The notes under the pieces are model-generated. The model had not been told where the DNA came from and made no database searches. It saw only the letters and a program-made list of their open reading frames with translations. Below are positions 8,991-17,467 of a stretch of 32,000 bases of DNA, piece by piece (the first letter of the stretch is position 1; each line of letters starts with the position of its first letter). The stretch is from Candidatus Thorarchaeota archaeon (GTDB lineage Archaea; Asgardarchaeota; Heimdallarchaeia; Hodarchaeales; Hodarchaeaceae). The stretch covers positions 90,001 to 122,000 of the forward strand of contig JBHLRO010000007.1 of NCBI GenBank assembly GCA_048882505.1, read 5' to 3'. The position numbers and the translations under genes were made by a program.

Positions 8991-9776
8991 ATGGATTACG
9001 ATGATTTTAACAAGGACGATGATGATGAAATAGACGAGAAAGACGAACTTAAAAGGGAACTTAAAGAAGAGATTAAAAGAGAGATAAGGGAGGAGCTAGA
9101 AGAGGATGAATTCCTTAAACCGCCTGATCCTCCTAGACCACCACGTCCCCGAAGACGACCACGTCCGCGTCGTTCAATTCGTGTTGATGCTGACGAATGG
9201 GATTCCTGGGGTGAAAGGTTTGGCGATACGTTGGAGCGATATATAGGCGGTATATTGGATTCAATAGGAGATACAATTGATAGATCGATTGGTTCGCTTT
9301 TTCAGGCTTCCCCATCTCGTCGATCACGAAAATATAGGAAAATGCATCCAGATTTTGTGCCCGAGGAAGAACTCGAGGAATTCTATAATAAGGGAGCCGC
9401 TATCAGTGGAGCCGTAGCAGATCCCACCAGATTGCGAATGTTAAAAGAACTTGAAAGAAAGGCTCTCCGGCAGAAGGACTTGTCCGATCGAACAGAGACA
9501 AGAGGTGGAAATTTCAAGCACCATATCACAATCCTCATGGATGAGGGGCTAGTCCGTCAGGAAGGAGTCCGAGAACGGTACTTGTTAACATATGCAGGAC
9601 GTGAAGCATTAAAACTTGTAGAATTCCTATATGCTAGAGCAAAAAGAAGGATTCCTATTCCTATCACGGACTCAGATGAGGATGTCGACGAACAAGACCT
9701 CTATCCAGATGATAAACAATCTGGAAAAGATTGGGATGTAGATGACAAATCTGACTTTGGTGATGAGGTGAAATAA
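8991..9776 (+). CDS. ArsR-like winged-helix transcription regulator with acidic/Pro-Arg low-complexity extensions
   Basis: AVADPTRLRMLKEL...GNFKHHITILMDEGLV...YLLTYAG wHTH signature; AAGGTGGA RBS. Confidence 0.8.
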   Translation: MDYDDFNKDDDDEIDEKDELKRELKEEIKREIREELEEDEFLKPPDPPRPPRPRRRPRPRRSIRVDADEWDSWGERFGDTLERYIGGILDSIGDTIDRSIGSLFQASPSRRSRKYRKMHPDFVPEEELEEFYNKGAAISGAVADPTRLRMLKELERKALRQKDLSDRTETRGGNFKHHITILMDEGLVRQEGVRERYLLTYAGREALKLVEFLYARAKRRIPIPITDSDEDVDEQDLYPDDKQSGKDWDVDDKSDFGDEVK

Positions 9777-10448
9777 ATGCGGAGTTTATCTTTGGGCGAA
9801 GAATTTTTTGAATGGACCGGAAAGAAAGAAGTATTGAAAACCCCCTATTGGAAGGTAACCATTACAAGTTCCGCCATCGTAGTTTCAGTAAATGAAGATT
9901 TAAAACCCCGCGGCATAGTCATATTGGGAAAGGTGGAAGCAATTGCAGATACCATGGTACCGACTTCGGAAGGAGCATTTGGTAACACGACTATCTTTAA
10001 CGGTACAAATTTGGTAATTCTTGGGCTTACGATTGATGATGTAAAGGACTCTCTTTTCAGCAGAGGTTATACATCTGAATCTACGCACGAATGGAGAGAG
10101 AATGCGCAATCCATGATAAGGAAACTACAGAGAAGATTCAAATCGAATGATTTCCATTTCGACCTCGACGGTAATGAAGACTTTGATTACGTCGTTTACG
10201 GAAGGCGTAACTTCCTCCTTGTAGGAGATTCGAAAAAGTTCGTGGTTATCCATCGCAAACAGATCGCAATACGGAGTGGTGAGGAAAAATTAGTGCAGAT
10301 CGATCCCATTGAGGGCATTCTTGTAGCAAACAAGAATGGTGTTTTAAACATAGGCGGTTATTCCACGACCTTCAATCTCGGAGGTTTGCTTAGTGAGCTC
10401 GGTCTCCATATTGCATCATCTGTGCTCGATCATGTACTATGGGATTAA
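9777..10448 (+). CDS. Hypothetical beta-rich protein, directly abutting the wHTH gene
   Basis: TAAATG junction with the upstream gene; 223-aa ORF; no motif recognised. Confidence 0.8.
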   Translation: MRSLSLGEEFFEWTGKKEVLKTPYWKVTITSSAIVVSVNEDLKPRGIVILGKVEAIADTMVPTSEGAFGNTTIFNGTNLVILGLTIDDVKDSLFSRGYTSESTHEWRENAQSMIRKLQRRFKSNDFHFDLDGNEDFDYVVYGRRNFLLVGDSKKFVVIHRKQIAIRSGEEKLVQIDPIEGILVANKNGVLNIGGYSTTFNLGGLLSELGLHIASSVLDHVLWD

Positions 10449-10511
10449 TCTATCCAATAAGCTTTATTCCCCCAGAGTACTAGGTGAGGAGACCGTTATT
10501 AAGATACAGTA

Positions 10512-11342
10512 TTAGGAGACGGTCATTAACTCCCTCCTGATTTGTTCCAAATTCACAGGATGAATAGTTCTGGCGTAATCAGCGGGGAGGGATTTTCGAG
10601 GTTCAGATAGACATTCTTCAAGCGTGATCCCTGGAAATTGACCTCCAGGAATTCCGGTATCGATTTGTTCTCGCACTAGTTTCCTTATGGACTCAAGGTA
10701 ACTTATATCGCTCTGGATCTTTTCTTTCCCACAAACAGGTCCGTGTCCTTGTACAATGATGTCAACATCCATTTTCTGGATTTTATGTAGGGATTCGAGC
10801 AGCTTTTTACAATCGTATTTTACAAAGGGAAGCTCTATGACTACATCCCCCGCAAAAAGGACCTTCCGTTGTGGGAGATGCACAATACTAGAATCAGATG
10901 TATGTCCAGGCATATGATACAGGACCAAAGGGATTTCACCAACTGAAAGACGGAGGGTTTCCATGTAGGTTTTCGTTGGAAAGACCTGATATGTATTCTT
11001 TAGGCTCGGAAAACTCTTTTTGGCAGATCTCAAAAGTTCTGTACCCTGTTCCTTCATCAAAGAAAGCGTTTTTTCATGAGCAATTATCTCTACAGACCCG
11101 AAAAATTGATTACCCCATACATGGTCGGCATCCGAATGAGTATTTATGACCCCGGTGATAACCAATCCCCTTTTCTCCAAAACCTCTCTTATTTTCTTGG
11201 TATCTTCAGGAAATAGAAGAGTATCAATCACAATAGCTTCTTTTTTTGAATAGACAGCTCCCGCAACGACTCCTCCCTCATCGATCGATATTGAGGGATG
11301 CTTTCCAACGAACCTCATAACATTTTCAGGTAACACTCCCAC
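10512..11342 (-). CDS. MBL-fold metallo-hydrolase (cyclase/glyoxalase II-like)
   Basis: AIVIDT, INTHSDADH (variant HxHxDH), PGHT, FAGD, QGHG; GTG start with GGAGG RBS. Confidence 0.9.
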   Translation of the reverse strand: MGVLPENVMRFVGKHPSISIDEGGVVAGAVYSKKEAIVIDTLLFPEDTKKIREVLEKRGLVITGVINTHSDADHVWGNQFFGSVEIIAHEKTLSLMKEQGTELLRSAKKSFPSLKNTYQVFPTKTYMETLRLSVGEIPLVLYHMPGHTSDSSIVHLPQRKVLFAGDVVIELPFVKYDCKKLLESLHKIQKMDVDIIVQGHGPVCGKEKIQSDISYLESIRKLVREQIDTGIPGGQFPGITLEECLSEPRKSLPADYARTIHPVNLEQIRRELMTVS

Positions 11343-11373
11343 GAATCTAGCCTCCTGGTGAAATTATATGAGA

Positions 11374-12081
11374 TTAACACTCCTTACAGCAACAATTGCT
11401 CAAGGAAGGATTTTGCCCCCCCGAAATTCGGGCTTTTAACGCCTCGGGACTAAAGATCTTACGGGCATGGTCGAGAGCTTCATGAAAGGAGAGAATTTCT
11501 AATGAAGGATCACGGGGGACATCTTCACGCGATAGATAGAAATTAATTGAGGGACATTGGTCAACAGCCGAGGTTTGTCCTTTACATTCACGCTTATAGC
11601 TCACGATTAGGTCAAGTTTAGGATTAGTTTTCACATTTGGATCAATTACAATGGAAATGGGTTTTTTTTTCTTATGATCGACTGTGGATATAAGCGTCTT
11701 GGCCCCAAATGTATATGCTACCCCCAAGGCATCCACAGCGCACATAGCATATCCTGATCCGATCCCTTCAACTTCTATTTCATATATTGATTCAATAGGA
11801 GAAATTGGGTAGGCTCCGATTAACCTGTTATGCTTATCGAATCCCAGCATATCGCTCTCTATAACATGATTTAGATAACTAGTTTCCTCAAATTTCTTCC
11901 ATAATTTATCCTTGATCCATTCAAAAGATTTTCCTTGCAGTAAATAACGCAGAACTTTGAGATGAATCGAAAATACAGCATTGATTTGATCATCATTCAA
12001 TGAGGATCCCATAGCGTCAATTCCATTATTCTCTTTTCTGAATTCAGTTAACCTTGAGAAATTAAACTGTCTTGCTACCAC
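11374..12081 (-). CDS. merB: MerB-like organomercurial/organometallic lyase with Cys-rich C-terminal tail
   Basis: LIGAYP, YAMCAVDAL (matches MerB Cys96-x-x-Asp99, WCALDTL) and QCPSINFY (matches the Cys159 region); ends in NCCCKEC. Confidence 0.8.
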   Translation of the reverse strand: MVARQFNFSRLTEFRKENNGIDAMGSSLNDDQINAVFSIHLKVLRYLLQGKSFEWIKDKLWKKFEETSYLNHVIESDMLGFDKHNRLIGAYPISPIESIYEIEVEGIGSGYAMCAVDALGVAYTFGAKTLISTVDHKKKKPISIVIDPNVKTNPKLDLIVSYKRECKGQTSAVDQCPSINFYLSREDVPRDPSLEILSFHEALDHARKIFSPEALKARISGGQNPSLSNCCCKEC

Positions 12082-12150
12082 ATTTCATTTCTTCTTAGAT
12101 TTCTTACGAATTTGATCCCATCTACTACTCGACACTGATTGGTTATTTGG

Positions 12151-12166
12151 CTCCTAGGTGTAGGAG
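12151..12166. other. Short hairpin CTCCTA-ggtg-TAGGAG between the CopZ-N-like and MerB-like genes
   Basis: 6-bp inverted repeat read directly; function unknown. Confidence 0.3.
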
Positions 12167-12173
12167 ACGTTGC

Positions 12174-12782
12174 CTACTCTTTTTTTTCATTTTTTATTAT
12201 AGCGTTGCTGTAGGCCTCTGCTTCGTCTATAAGAGCAGGTGCAATATTTAATCGTTCAGCTTTCGCCCATTCGATGACTTCTTTGATCCATGACCCACAA
12301 CATCGACCTGCTGGGTTGGTAATCTTGCAATCTTTCCCCTGATTGGCTCCGGTAAAATCTTGGATATCTTGAAGTGAATCACAACATTTTGTGATCAGCA
12401 GCTCATGAAGGATTTGTTTTTCAAGAACTCCCGTGCAATAGCACATTGGACGGCCTTCGCTGCGAATTGCCATCTTATGCATAACAGCGACTCGTAGTTC
12501 TTGTTGGGAGAAGTAGTTCTTGGTGACATTGTTGAAGTAAACAATAGGACATTCGCGCTCCTTACAGAAATAAAACCCCTTTTCAGTAAGGTATGACCAG
12601 TAAATGGGATGGACATGATTCGTCATTGTTATTCGACGAAGCCGAATCCCTTTTGTTCCTGAAAGAGGGCAGAACGGTTCATCCTCGATAATTTCATCTT
12701 GACCATTTGTTGTCTGAAAAGAGAGCAGTTCCCCACTAACTGACTTAACAGATTTCGTACTATTGCCCATCTTTACATCCAC
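12174..12782 (-). CDS. CopZ N-terminal-domain-like Zn/[2Fe-2S] metallochaperone (BFD-like)
   Basis: FCPLSG, FYFCKERECPIVYF, MCYCTGV and DCKITNPAGRCC match the Zn and [2Fe-2S] motifs of the Archaeoglobus fulgidus CopZ N-domain; GTG start with GAGGT RBS 8 nt upstream. Confidence 0.85.
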   Translation of the reverse strand: MDVKMGNSTKSVKSVSGELLSFQTTNGQDEIIEDEPFCPLSGTKGIRLRRITMTNHVHPIYWSYLTEKGFYFCKERECPIVYFNNVTKNYFSQQELRVAVMHKMAIRSEGRPMCYCTGVLEKQILHELLITKCCDSLQDIQDFTGANQGKDCKITNPAGRCCGSWIKEVIEWAKAERLNIAPALIDEAEAYSNAIIKNEKKE

Positions 12783-12810
12783 TTGGATTTACCTCACGCG
12801 ACATCGGGAG

Positions 12811-13065
12811 TTATGTTGCTTTAATGGGTTGTCGCTTTAGCACAATTGCACTATATCCTGTTTCATCCACTGCATCTCTCAGGTCACCATCACTTACCGT
12901 ATCTAAGGCAAGTATTTTTCCTCTTCCTGATTCCCAACCTGTAATATTTACTTTTAATACTCCTTGAATATCAGACAATTCTTCTGCGATATCCATTACA
13001 CATGATTCGCATGTCATTCCTTCTATTTCTAAAGTGATTTTTACCATCTTTTCTTCGATATTCAT
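12811..13065 (-). CDS. Stand-alone heavy-metal-associated (HMA) domain protein (CopZ/MerP/NmerA-like)
   Basis: IEGMTCESC metal motif and terminal GY. The start is placed at ATG 13065 (GGAG RBS) rather than the track's 13101. Confidence 0.9.
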   Translation of the reverse strand: MNIEEKMVKITLEIEGMTCESCVMDIAEELSDIQGVLKVNITGWESGRGKILALDTVSDGDLRDAVDETGYSAIVLKRQPIKAT

Positions 13066-13144
13066 TTTTTTTGTCTCCTTTGATGAGTAATCAGGGCTCA
13101 AATATCTGTTTGAAGATTTAAAGCCAAATATGTGCTATTTAGAC

Positions 13145-13180
13145 ATTCATCAAAATGAATTTATATAAATTACGATTCAT
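13145..13180. promoter_or_regulatory. Putative promoter/operator of the HMA operon: ATTCAT-N4-ATGAAT, palindromic TATA (AATTTATATAAATT, 13158-13171) and a third ATTCAT at 13175-13180
   Basis: Inverted repeats read directly; they overlap the TATA box and the probable minus-strand transcription start. Confidence 0.55.
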
Positions 13181-13272
13181 AAATCCAAATAGTTGATTTG
13201 TTGAAATCATCCGTGGATTCTTCTGAGACAGAACAGCCATAGTCAAATTCGAGAAATTTTTCGCAATTTTAT

Positions 13273-13284
13273 TTTATATAAATT
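13273..13284 (+). promoter_or_regulatory. Second TATA element TTTATATAAATT (identical to 13160-13171), probably for the ArsR gene
   Basis: Exact 12-nt direct repeat upstream of the ArsR gene. Confidence 0.4.
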
Positions 13285-13336
13285 CTCATGGGTTTATTTT
13301 TAAAGAAATTCGGAAACGTATCTAGATAGATATCCC

Positions 13337-13356
13337 TTCTTCCCGCTTGGGAAGAA
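13337..13356. promoter_or_regulatory. Inverted repeat TTCTTCCC-gctt-GGGAAGAA in the ArsR leader
   Basis: Perfect 8-bp stem with 4-nt loop, about 25 nt before the ArsR start. Confidence 0.4.
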
Positions 13357-13382
13357 CATCTGAAATATAGGAATTGAATTCT

Positions 13383-13766
13383 ATGATAACAGAATCCATG
13401 AAAAAACATGATATGCGCGCACAATCTGATAAATCCTCTAGAATATCATTTTTCGCAATGATTGCCGACCCCATTCGTCATACAATCGTAACAGAACTTT
13501 TATCTAAATCCGAACGTTCGGTTAATCAACTTGTAGATACACTCAAGAAACCTCAGACGTTGGTCTCATACCATCTAAGATGTTTACGAGAATGTGGATT
13601 ATTAACTAGCCAAAAATCCCCAAAGGATGGAAGAAAAATCATTTACTCTCTCCATGATCAAGATCTTATCTTGAATTTATTTGCCCTTGCAGATGACTTC
13701 CTCAAGGATCACGAAATCTGCTTAGGCCACCCCTCTTGTCAAATCAAGGAGAAAAACTCAAAATAG
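13383..13766 (+). CDS. ArsR/SmtB-family metal-sensing repressor, CmtR-type (alpha4 CxxxC plus C-terminal Cys)
   Basis: FFAMIADPIRHTI, QTLVSYHLRCLRECGLL (cf. CmtR HLSCLRGCGLV), GRKIIYSL and C-terminal HEICLGHPSC. Alternative TTG start at 13374. Confidence 0.9.
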   Translation: MITESMKKHDMRAQSDKSSRISFFAMIADPIRHTIVTELLSKSERSVNQLVDTLKKPQTLVSYHLRCLRECGLLTSQKSPKDGRKIIYSLHDQDLILNLFALADDFLKDHEICLGHPSCQIKEKNSK

Positions 13767-13892
13767 GTTCCCATCTTTTAAAGGCTAATATTCTCTTTCC
13801 ATGTCAATTATAGACATCGCTATAAATCAATAACCACAAAATCCCGTCTAGATCACAAAAGGCTGATTAAAGCAATCCCAATCCAGAACCAA

Positions 13893-14444
13893 TTAAGAAG
13901 AAAATCCATCGTGGCTCGCGTGCTCGACAAAATAGGTAAGAATATCACGGATATTCACAACCCGCAATGGATCCTCACGGATGATTGCATAACTGTAATC
14001 TCCAAGATACATATGATGTAGTGCATGAGCTACAGAGTCTGTCTTTTCTAAAATAACTGGATTTTTCAGCATAGCGTCTTTAATGGGTTTATCAATATCT
14101 ATGGGGGACTCATTACATACACGGACTACTAGAGAGCGTTCGGTAAAGATCCCAACTATCTTGTCATCATCATCGACAATAACTACTGAACACTTGCGGT
14201 TTTCACGCATCTTGTTGATCACTTGTCGAACTGGCATATCAGGGGGAACCTGGAAAGCAATAGATCGCTCGCCGCCAATTTCTGTAAGTTTATCCTCGGC
14301 GATCGCCCTACCAAGTTCGTCCTTATACTTGTCACCAGATTTCGTACGCCAGAGGTGTGAAATATCGGTCCCGCAATTAATACACTCCGTTGAACCCTCG
14401 ATGTTGGAATAACGACATTGGGGGCAGATTATGGCAGGAGTCAT
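13893..14444 (-). CDS. Double zinc-ribbon plus CBS-pair protein
   Basis: CPQC...CINC at the N-terminus, then CBS features (SVVIVDDDDKIVGIFTERSL, SVAHALHHMY); GAGG RBS. Confidence 0.85.
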   Translation of the reverse strand: MTPAIICPQCRYSNIEGSTECINCGTDISHLWRTKSGDKYKDELGRAIAEDKLTEIGGERSIAFQVPPDMPVRQVINKMRENRKCSVVIVDDDDKIVGIFTERSLVVRVCNESPIDIDKPIKDAMLKNPVILEKTDSVAHALHHMYLGDYSYAIIREDPLRVVNIRDILTYFVEHASHDGFSS

Positions 14445-14515
14445 AAGTATTCCTCAAAACTTTGATGCTCATTTTAATTGAAAGAGTTCTAATATAGTTT
14501 ATCCTAGTGTAATTA

Positions 14516-15550
14516 CTATTCCACTACCCACGTTTCTCCTTGTTCCATGAGATCCTGAACTGATTGCTTTGTACCGTTCTTGGCCGTTTTTACTTGTTCG
14601 TCAAGCATGCTGTCATAAGTAGGTTTTTCAAGCGCCCTAAAAACCCCGATCGGTTCGGGAAAGTTGGGATACCGCATTCGAGAAAGGAAAAAGGCCAATG
14701 TTGACTCTCGGGCATATTCATCGTGGTACAAAAGATCTTTTTCTGAAAATCCCGTATCCTTAAACTTAATGACTTTAGGTTGAAGTCCATGTAAGAAAAT
14801 ACCTTTGTCTCGGTCTTTTCCAAATACCATTGGTTCTCCGTGACGCAATTCAAGAATATTATCATATCGAAGTTCTTTGTCAGTGGCAAACGCGAAGGCG
14901 CCGTCATTAAAAATGTTGCAGTTCTGATAAATCTCGACGAATGCTGTCCCCCGGTGTTCTGCTGCACGTCTGAACGTTTCCTGCATGTGTTCACCATATT
15001 GATATATGGTTCGTGCTATAAAAGTTGCCTCCGCTCCTAAAGCCCATGATATTGGGTTGACAGGATAATCAATGGTACCACTGGGCGAGGATTTTGTTTT
15101 CTTACCCAATTCACTCGTAGGGGAATATTGGCCCTTAGTTAGACCGTAAATTTTGTTGTTAAAGAGCAGAATCTTAATATCTACGTTCCGTCGCATGGCG
15201 TGCATCAAATGGTTTCCACCGATCCCAAGGCCGTCTCCGTCGCCAGTTATTACCCAAACAGAAAGATCGGACCGAGTAATTTTCAGACCTGTAGCGATCG
15301 TGGGGGCCCTACCATGAATGGTGTGCATACCATAAGTATCCATGTAATAAGGGAACCTAGAACTGCACCCAATTCCACTAATAAAAACGATTTTCTCTTT
15401 CCGAAGATTCAATTTTGGAAGAATTTTCTTCATGTATGCGAGAATGCCATAATCTCCGCACCCAGGACACCACCGAACATCCAGATCAGAGGCAAAGTCC
15501 TTTGATGTATATAATGGTATGGTAGAATTATGTGTTGATGATTCAGTCAT
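14516..15550 (-). CDS. korB: 2-oxoacid:ferredoxin oxidoreductase beta subunit
   Basis: WCPGCGD, SGIGCSSR, HGRA, GDGD...NN TPP motif, YGLTKGQYSPT, QNCNIFN. Confidence 0.95.
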   Translation of the reverse strand: MTESSTHNSTIPLYTSKDFASDLDVRWCPGCGDYGILAYMKKILPKLNLRKEKIVFISGIGCSSRFPYYMDTYGMHTIHGRAPTIATGLKITRSDLSVWVITGDGDGLGIGGNHLMHAMRRNVDIKILLFNNKIYGLTKGQYSPTSELGKKTKSSPSGTIDYPVNPISWALGAEATFIARTIYQYGEHMQETFRRAAEHRGTAFVEIYQNCNIFNDGAFAFATDKELRYDNILELRHGEPMVFGKDRDKGIFLHGLQPKVIKFKDTGFSEKDLLYHDEYARESTLAFFLSRMRYPNFPEPIGVFRALEKPTYDSMLDEQVKTAKNGTKQSVQDLMEQGETWVVE

Positions 15551-15553
15551 TGT

Positions 15554-17434
15554 TCAGTTATCTCCTATTATTTGAAGAATCTTGTCATAAACTTCGTCTG
15601 TGTGAAATGGTCTCCCCTGGACTTTATTGATCCCTATAGCTTGAACATCTGGAAAGCGGGCACGGACCAGAACCAATAGCTGACCGAGATTTAATTCCGG
15701 TATAACGATATGTTTGTAGGCTCGTAGAACCTCTCCGAGGTTTGAAGGGAATGGATTGATAAATCGCAGGTTAGTATCTGCCACATCATAACCCTCTTCC
15801 CGTAACCTCGTCCCCACCGTGTGTGTTACCCCAAATGTGGATCCCCAGCTTAAAATAAGGAGATCCCCTTGTTTTGGCCCGTTTACTTGCTGAGGCGGGA
15901 TTTCTTGGGAAACTCTATCTACCTTTTCAGCTCGTGTCCGAACCATACGCTCATGATTCAACGGATCGTAACTTACATTTCCTGTTTCGGGATCCTTCTC
16001 TAGACCCCCAATTCGATGCTCCAGGCCTGGAGTCCCAGGGATAGCCCAAGGTCTCGCAAGGGAATCAGGATCCCTCTGCCCGTAGGGGAGGAAGGGAATA
16101 TTCTGATACGCGTCTTTAGTGGGATGATCGAAAACGAAACCTGGATATGTACTCAGTCTGGGGATTTTCCACGGTGCTATGTTATTGGCCAGATATCCGT
16201 CTAGAAGCAGGACGACTGGGGTCATGTACTTCATTGCAATTCGAATGGCCTCAATTGCCATATCGAAGCAATCGCTTGGAGTTTGAGGAGCCAATACAGG
16301 GGCGGGGGATTCCCCATTTCTACCGTACATTACCTGTAATAGGTCGGCCTGCTCATTTTTGGTGGGCATCCCCGTGCTTGGACCGGCCCGTTGAACATTA
16401 ACCACTATAAGTGGAAGTTCAGTCATAACAGCAAGCCCAAAAGCTTCTGATTTTAAACAAAAGCCAGGACCTGACGTTCCAGTTATTGCAATGCTCCCAC
16501 CGAACGCCGCTCCAATAGCCGCACCAATCGCTGCAATTTCGTCTTCTGCTTGAAATGTTCGAATCCCAAATCCTTTATGGTTAACCAATTCGTGAAGAAG
16601 ATCGCTGGCGGGAGTAATGGGATATGCTCCGTAAAAGATCTCTTTCTTTGCAAGTTGAGTCGCAGCAATAAAACCCAACGCTAATGCCTGGGTTCCCGAG
16701 ACGTATCTATAAAGCCCTGGTGTCATTTCGGCTTGTGGAACTTGATATTGAACCTTCCAAAACTCATTGGTCTCCCCATAATAATAGCCAGCCTTCAAGG
16801 TTTTTATATTTGCTTCCACAATAGCCGGTCGCTTCTTAAATTTCGTTTCCACCCATTCTATTGTAGGCTCCAATGGACGATCGTACAACCACGAGATAAG
16901 CCCTAAGGCGAAAAAATTGCGAGTCAAGTTTACTTGCTTTGTTTTGAGACCAACTGATGCGACGGCTTCCTCATTCAATGAAGTGATCTTAACTGGATAA
17001 AGACGATATTTATCCAAAGAACCGTCTTCGAGAGGATTGGAGGAATAGCCAGCTTTTGAAATATTATTTTTTGTAAAAGTATCCTGATTGATGATTAATA
17101 TTCCATTAGGCTTCAAATCTGAGACGTTCACCTTCAGCGCAGCAGGATTCATGGCCACAAGGGCGTCTAGAGCATCTCCGGGAGTATAAATCAATGATGA
17201 TGAGAAATGTACCTGAAATCCTGAAACACCAGCCAGAGTGCCAGATGGTGCTCTAATCTCTGCAGGAAAGTCTGGAAGCGTGGAAACGTCATTTCCAAAG
17301 ATCACAGAGGCGGTTGTAAACTTCAATCCTGCTAGCTGCATCCCATCTCCACTGTCGCCTGCGAGTCTGATAACGACTTGATCTAGTTGTTTCGTGGTTT
17401 TATCCACATACGAGCTTTCTTTTACTTTTTCCAT
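15554..17434 (-). CDS. korA: 2-oxoacid:ferredoxin oxidoreductase alpha subunit (fused gamma-alpha)
   Basis: AGDSGDGMQ, FPAEIRAP, YPITPASD, QAEDEIAA, TSGPG, QRAGPSTG, HRIGGLEK. Confidence 0.95.
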   Translation of the reverse strand: MEKVKESSYVDKTTKQLDQVVIRLAGDSGDGMQLAGLKFTTASVIFGNDVSTLPDFPAEIRAPSGTLAGVSGFQVHFSSSLIYTPGDALDALVAMNPAALKVNVSDLKPNGILIINQDTFTKNNISKAGYSSNPLEDGSLDKYRLYPVKITSLNEEAVASVGLKTKQVNLTRNFFALGLISWLYDRPLEPTIEWVETKFKKRPAIVEANIKTLKAGYYYGETNEFWKVQYQVPQAEMTPGLYRYVSGTQALALGFIAATQLAKKEIFYGAYPITPASDLLHELVNHKGFGIRTFQAEDEIAAIGAAIGAAFGGSIAITGTSGPGFCLKSEAFGLAVMTELPLIVVNVQRAGPSTGMPTKNEQADLLQVMYGRNGESPAPVLAPQTPSDCFDMAIEAIRIAMKYMTPVVLLLDGYLANNIAPWKIPRLSTYPGFVFDHPTKDAYQNIPFLPYGQRDPDSLARPWAIPGTPGLEHRIGGLEKDPETGNVSYDPLNHERMVRTRAEKVDRVSQEIPPQQVNGPKQGDLLILSWGSTFGVTHTVGTRLREEGYDVADTNLRFINPFPSNLGEVLRAYKHIVIPELNLGQLLVLVRARFPDVQAIGINKVQGRPFHTDEVYDKILQIIGDN

Positions 17435-17467
17435 TATATTATTGCCATCCGATGCATGTATCGTGCA

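Noticed and set aside
11725-11750. Sec in the MerB-like active site
   Set aside because: The codon is TGC (AMCAVD).
12085-12135. In-frame TGA just upstream of the MerB-like GTG, suggesting readthrough
   Set aside because: The upstream peptide (VSSSRWDQIRKKSKKK) has no redox context and is bounded by a TAG; there is no support for recoding.
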